Source: Synchiropus picturatus
Lineage: Eukaryota
Reading direction: 5' to 3'
Assembly (NCBI GenBank): GCA_044231675.1
Contig: CM094669.1
Coordinates: 3,057,643 to 3,121,642 of the forward strand
DNA length: 64,000 bases
The position numbers and the translations under genes are program-made. Below the pieces are notes generated by a model. The model was not told the origin of the DNA, did not search any database, and was given only the letters and a program-made list of their open reading frames with translations. Below, piece after piece: positions 59,741-64,000 of this stretch (its first letter is position 1; each line of letters starts with the position of its first letter).

Positions 59741-59773
59741 ATGAAGGCAGCCCACGAGAAACGCCCTAAAAAG
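59741..59773 (+). CDS. fbxl19: fbxl19 exon 6 (MKAAHEKRPKK).
   Basis: Short basic exon flanked by cag and gtactg. Confidence 0.6.
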
Positions 59774-59842
59774 GTACTGGCTCTTAATCCCTTTATTGTG
59801 GTGACTTCTGGGTACCTGTAGTGACTGGGTTCTTCCTTTCAG

Positions 59843-61002
59843 AAGCCCAAGCAAGAGGAGTCCAATGGTCCAGTGCCCATGGCAGGAGCGGGAGCGCCCC
59901 CTAGCTCCGCATCACAGAGCGCCGGAGGTGCAACCAGCATGGACCAGCGCTCTCACCACAGAGAGAAGCTTGAGAGGTTCAAGAGGATGTGCATGCTGGA
60001 GCGGCGGCCCGAGTCCTCGTCCTCATCATCCTCGAGCTCCGAGTCAGATTCTGAGTCTGACTCTGAAGAGTCCCTGCAAGATGGCGGCTCCTCCCCATCC
60101 TCACCTGCTCTTCCTCCACCTGTCGACTACGGGACCAGCAGTGGGGTGCGTGGCGAGAAGAGCCACAGCGAGCTGGAGCGCGAACGAGAGCGTGATCGCA
60201 GACTCGCAGAGCTTGGCTTCAGTGCCAGCGAGGAGTCTGAGGGCGAGGGAGGCGCTGAGGAAGAGGAGGAGGAGGAGCCTGACAAAATGCGTCGGCGAAT
60301 GGACCTTGGGCCGCTGCGCGGCAGGAAGGGACCTATGTTGGACAGAGACGAGGACATCACTCCCCACACAGACAGAAACAGGAAACATTCCCTCCCACCA
60401 CACCCTCCCCTCTCCTCCAATCAAATGCCGCCTCCGTCACAGCAGGATGACTCAATGGGGAAACGTAGCAACGGTCAGGAGGCGCGTAACGGACGGACTC
60501 GTGGCGGGGTAGGAGGAGGTGGGTCAAGAGAAGGAGGGGAGAAGGAGAACAGTGGCACTGTTCTGACAAATCACAGGCACGGGGTAGTGGGTGGGATCAA
60601 AGGCAGCCGTGGCAACAAGGTGCGAAGCAACACCAAGAGTCAGACGTCCGTCTCCAGACCCAGCTCCTCGCTCCCATCCTCGAATGGGGGAGCTGAGGGA
60701 GGCGGGAGCGGCTCGTTGATGTCCGCCATGGCGGCGTCGCCCTGCTCACAGCCGTCCCGCCTTACGCCGCGCTCACAGATGATGAAGCGAAGTCCGCCAG
60801 CTGTGCCATCTCCACCGCGACCCGTCCAGATGGAGCGCCACCTGGTGAGACCGCCGCCTACCTGCCCAGAGCCCAGCTGCCTCCCACTGGACTCCGGTTC
60901 TGCCCATGTCATGTCCCGGGACACTTGGCTGAGGGTGTTCCAGTACTTGAGCCAGAAGGAGCTCTGTGTGTGCATGAGGGTGTGTCGCACCTGGAGCCGC
61001 TG
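59843..61002 (+). CDS. fbxl19: fbxl19 exon 7: large Ser/Pro/acidic linker plus F-box start (...[34 protein letters not shown]...[20 protein letters not shown]...[25 protein letters not shown](W)).
   Basis: ORF 59873..61006. Matches human [33 protein letters not shown] and ...[20 protein letters not shown]...[27 protein letters not shown]. Confidence 0.85.
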
Positions 61003-61097
61003 GTGAGTACACGCGTTCCTGCCTGTGCATGTGGGGACCCGTCAGGTGATGCGCAGTCATTGCAAGTTGAATGATGATGTCATGCTCACCTGCACAG

Positions 61098-61261
61098 GTG
61101 TTGTGACAAACGTCTGTGGACTCGGATCGATCTGAGCCGCCAGCGCTCGATCACCCCACCAATGCTGAGCGGCATCATTCGGCGGCAGCCGGTGTCCCTG
61201 AACCTCGGCTACACAAACATCTCCAAGAAGCAGCTGATGTGGCTCATTAACCGTTTGCAGG
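61098..61261 (+). CDS. fbxl19: fbxl19 exon 8 ((W)[54 protein letters not shown]).
   Basis: Matches human [54 protein letters not shown]. Confidence 0.9.
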
Positions 61262-61330
61262 GTGCGCGTGCCTGAGTGTCCAGCGGTCTGACGTGCGACC
61301 GTCTCACTGTGTTGTTTCCCCCCGCCCCAG

Positions 61331-61492
61331 GTCTGGAGGAGCTGGTGGTGGCGGGCTGCGGCTGGTCGGTGGTCTCGGGTCTTTGTCAGGTGGTCTGTCC
61401 CTGTCTGAAGCTGCTGGACTTGAGTCGCGTGGAGGAGCTGAAGGACTCTCACCTGAGGGAGCTGCTGGCGCCTCCTGCTGATGGGCGGACAG
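61331..61492 (+). CDS. fbxl19: fbxl19 exon 9: LRR (GLEELVVAGCGWSVVSGLCQVVCPCLKLLDLSRVEELKDSHLRELLAPPADGRT).
   Basis: Matches human [51 protein letters not shown]. Confidence 0.85.
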
Positions 61493-61558
61493 GTGAGTCC
61501 GCGTGGCATCTCTTGCGACGCCCGCAGTTGAGTGACTGTGTCCTGTGTTCTTGATCAG

Positions 61559-61783
61559 CTGCCCAAGGAGAGACTCGGGTTGGACGCTTCCAAAACGTCA
61601 GCGAGCTGCGCCTGGCAGGGCTGGAACTGACGGACGCATCCTCTCGCCTCCTGGTCCGCTTCGTCCCCCAGCTGCTCAAGCTGGACCTCAGCCAGTGTGT
61701 CCTGTTGACCGACCAGGCCGTCCTCACCATCACCTCCCCCTTGTCTCCCCTGAGAGAGAGTCTCACCCACCTGAACCTGGCAG
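61559..61783 (+). CDS. fbxl19: fbxl19 exon 10: LRR ([75 protein letters not shown]).
   Basis: Matches human ...[65 protein letters not shown]. Confidence 0.85.
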
Positions 61784-61848
61784 GTAATTCCAGTGCTCCC
61801 ACTCAGTCCTGCTGCTGCTCTTCACCTCCTCCTCTCTCTGCGCTCTAG

Positions 61849-62045
61849 GGTGTGTGAAGGTGACGGAGCAGAGCGTCCCACTGCTCCGGCGCTGCTCCTC
61901 CCTGCAGACGGTTGACCTGCGTTCCTGCTCCCTGCTCTCCTCTGACAACAGCGGGTTGCTCTCCTTCCCCACCTCCTCCTGCGCCGCCTCCACAGCTGCT
62001 GCTCCGTGTCCTCCTGAAGACAGAACGCTGCTCAAGAACAGTTAA
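61849..62045 (+). CDS. fbxl19: fbxl19 terminal exon (GCVKVTEQSVPLLRRCSSLQTVDLRSCSLLSSDNSGLLSFPTSSCAASTAAAPCPPEDRTLLKNS*).
   Basis: Matches human [59 protein letters not shown]. Stop at 62043-62045. Confidence 0.85.
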
Positions 62046-63072
62046 CTCCTTGCTGCAGCACCCCTCTTCCTTTGTCCCCTCAATCACCACGCCGGCGTGC
62101 AACTGTTTGTCTGATCATGTGGCCCCGGAGGTCAGAGTTCAAATGTGATGGGCTATGCTAATGTTTGTCCCCTTTCCAGGCTAGTTTATCATCATGTGAC
62201 CTCAACATATCTGTAAATAACGTAGAAATGTTCGTCCAACACTGGAACCATCACCAAGGTCTGCGCCTCTTCAGCAGCTCCACCTCCATCTCAGCTCCTT
62301 CTTTCCCCTCCACTTCTTCTTCATCTCGATTCCTCCTCCTCCACCTCTGGGTGTATGAAGGTGACAGAGGAGAGTGGTTGCGTGAGCCTCGGTTGTCTCA
62401 GGTTCGCCTTTTTTTTCACTCATCCTCCTTTTGCATGATGCATCATGGGTGCTGGTGTGGCGCAGGAATCGGCTGCTCTGAATGTGACGTGACTTTTGTT
62501 TCTGTGAAATCAGAAGTTCTGAATGGGTCGAGACATAGGTGGTCATCGCACGCCCCAATGTTGTGGACTAGAACCACTTGGGCCTCTGACATCACTTCCT
62601 CTGGAGGGCGGGAACACTAATTAGCTCGACGGAGCTAATATGACTGTAAAACATGAAGAGACACTTGATGTGAGCTACCCACAGGAAATGATGTCACAGA
62701 TGATTGTTGCTTTGGGGTGCAACTTTTATTTTTTTACTATTGGATGATCATACTTTGCTGTGATGCTGAGCCCCGCCCCTTTATCTCACTGCCTCAATGA
62801 TAGCCGGCGACGCTCGAGGGCCGAGAGTCTGGTTGGAGGAAAAAGTCTGAGTTATGTGACGTGTTACTGATGTTTTCCAGATGCACTGAATCCAAGTCAT
62901 CCTCCTCATTCGCCAAATCTAGTGTTGTTGTTTACCGGGTGTTTTCCTGTATTTGACTTTTTGTTTACATGTTTGTCTTCAGTTCTTCCATTGTGTTGAT
63001 GAAATTAAAAGGAAGTTTGGAGCAGAGACGTTCAGGCAGCTACGTACGAGTGAACACTGTTACATACTGACT

Positions 63073-63078
63073 AATAAA
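63073..63078 (+). terminator. fbxl19: AATAAA signal, a candidate fbxl19 poly(A) site at the end of a ~1 kb 3' UTR.
   Basis: ctaataaacaaacatttttt. Confidence 0.4.
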
Positions 63079-63499
63079 CAAACATTTTTTACCCCGTGTC
63101 CATCCCTTTTCCTTCTCGGGCTGAAATACTTCAACTGATGTCACATGATCCAGTGTTGCCCAACTGTGTTTAAAACTAATGGAGCAACTCCAGGGTGAGC
63201 TGTGACAGGAAACGTAGGTATCTTTACTTCCTGATATCTTAGCATGATCTCTTGATCTGTTCCACTCCAGCAGGCCGTCAGTCATGCATGCTGTGTTTAT
63301 GTTCACACAACACTGGCATGACGGAAATGGTTCACCTGTGAGTTTCCTGCAACAATAGTAGAGCAGGAGTTCGTGGAAACTAACGTCAGGAATGGAGCTA
63401 ACAAACTGAAACTTTGTCAGAGACTGAAGGCTTGATGACGAAGAGCCTCAAGGCAGAGATCAGATGAATTAAACTATGCAGAAGTCTGATAGTCGCGTT

Positions 63500-63870
63500 C
63501 ATTGGAGAATATTTAGGTTGAACGTTTTCCCGCGCAACGAAGTGTCCAAAGGTCCCTGAACGCAACACACCGCCTCCCCGGCGGAGCGTCGTATCCTTCC
63601 GCCGCAAAGAAGCGCGGAGCTCTGACACACAGGATGTGACCGGGCGGCGGTGAAACTGCGATCACTCCGCGCCATCGACAGCTTACATTCCACACAACAT
63701 CCGAGAAGACCAGCCAAGCTAGTCCCGGGGATCCACCTCAACTATACCCGGGTCTCTGCACTGAACCCGCCGTGTGGTGGCACCAAGCGAGCACCGTGGA
63801 AGAACTATAGTGCAAAGTTATCGCGGAGAGAAAGGGAAACTGTGAGGGCGAGTGCTTGTTGGCGGACGGG
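63500..63870 (+). promoter_or_regulatory. kpnb1: kpnb1 CpG-rich promoter/5' UTR.
   Basis: GC/CpG-rich segment immediately upstream of the importin-beta ATG. Confidence 0.45.
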
Positions 63871-63910
63871 ATGGAGCTCATTACGATTCTTGAGAAAACG
63901 GTCTCTCCAG
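63871..63910 (+). CDS. kpnb1: kpnb1 (importin subunit beta-1) exon 1 (MELITILEKTVSP + 1 nt). The rest of the gene lies beyond the window.
   Basis: Identical to the human KPNB1 N-terminus MELITILEKTVSPD. Donor gtgagt at 63911. Confidence 0.75.
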
Positions 63911-64000
63911 GTGAGTTTACACCCACGGAGCCTTCGGGTAGCGAGGCAGCGGTGGTTGTCCTTCTCCAGCTGTGAAAGTTTGAAATCTAGTAGCTACGAG

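Noticed and set aside
59865-60512. 215-aa plus-strand ORF and 107/97-aa minus-strand ORFs.
   Set aside because: These are alternative or antisense frames inside fbxl19 exon 7, whose true frame is ORF 59873..61006 with strong homology.

Overview
This window is vertebrate nuclear DNA, most likely from a teleost fish, and is not prokaryotic. Genes are spliced (GT-AG introns), use AATAAA polyadenylation signals and TATA or CpG-island promoters, and are dense with intronic micro- and minisatellites. I found no CRISPR array, operon, or defence-island organisation.

I recognised the following genes by reading the ORF track against known protein families. Coordinates are 1-based and exon boundaries were hand-placed on GT/AG sites, so they may be off by a few bp. 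(+) and (-) give the strand; 3'/5' give orientation.
- 3' end of an Epac-family RasGEF gene (rapgefl1-like): exons 61-1585 (+)
- nme2 (nucleoside diphosphate kinase B): 4487-5132 (+), with a TATA promoter and a non-coding exon 1
- Two intact tandem type I keratin genes at 8060-9937 (+) and 10488-12166 (+), followed by a truncated keratin pseudogene at ~12840-13762
- A 533-aa C2H2 zinc-finger gene with 8 fingers (15312-17535, -)
- A second, unnamed 481-aa gene (19960-22256, -) with an internally duplicated N-terminal helical motif, a polyQ tract and two C-terminal C2H2 fingers
- stx1b (syntaxin 1B): 10 exons, 23881-29119 (+), giving a 288-aa product
- A ZNF646-like giant zinc-finger gene: 3 coding exons, 34672-40405 (-)
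- A degraded Tc1-like transposase relic at ~44150-44470
- thoc6: 13 exons, 44597-46478 (+)
- med15: ~46581-51025 (-); its 3' end converges on and overlaps the thoc6 3' end
- An unidentified coiled-coil gene (~51567-53702, -)
- cfp (properdin): a thrombospondin type 1 repeat (TSR) protein, 54231-57048 (-)
- fbxl19: 11 exons including a CXXC domain, 58825-62045 (+)
- Exon 1 of kpnb1 (importin-beta): 63871-63910 (+)

Points worth a second look:
- The keratin duplicate undergoing decay
- Tail-to-tail overlap of the thoc6 and med15 3' UTRs
- The uncharacterised zinc-finger gene with the duplicated N-terminus and polyQ tract
- A recurrent GCTAAC/GTTAGC/GCTAGC word family at 10 or more sites, including a ~60-bp satellite at 3.0-3.3 kb
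- An orphan promoter-like element at 29.4-29.65 kb with no recognisable downstream coding exons
- Gene content that mixes human 17q21, 16p11.2, 16p13.3, 22q11 and Xp11 orthologues

All identifications come from reading the translations against remembered protein families. No database searches were run.
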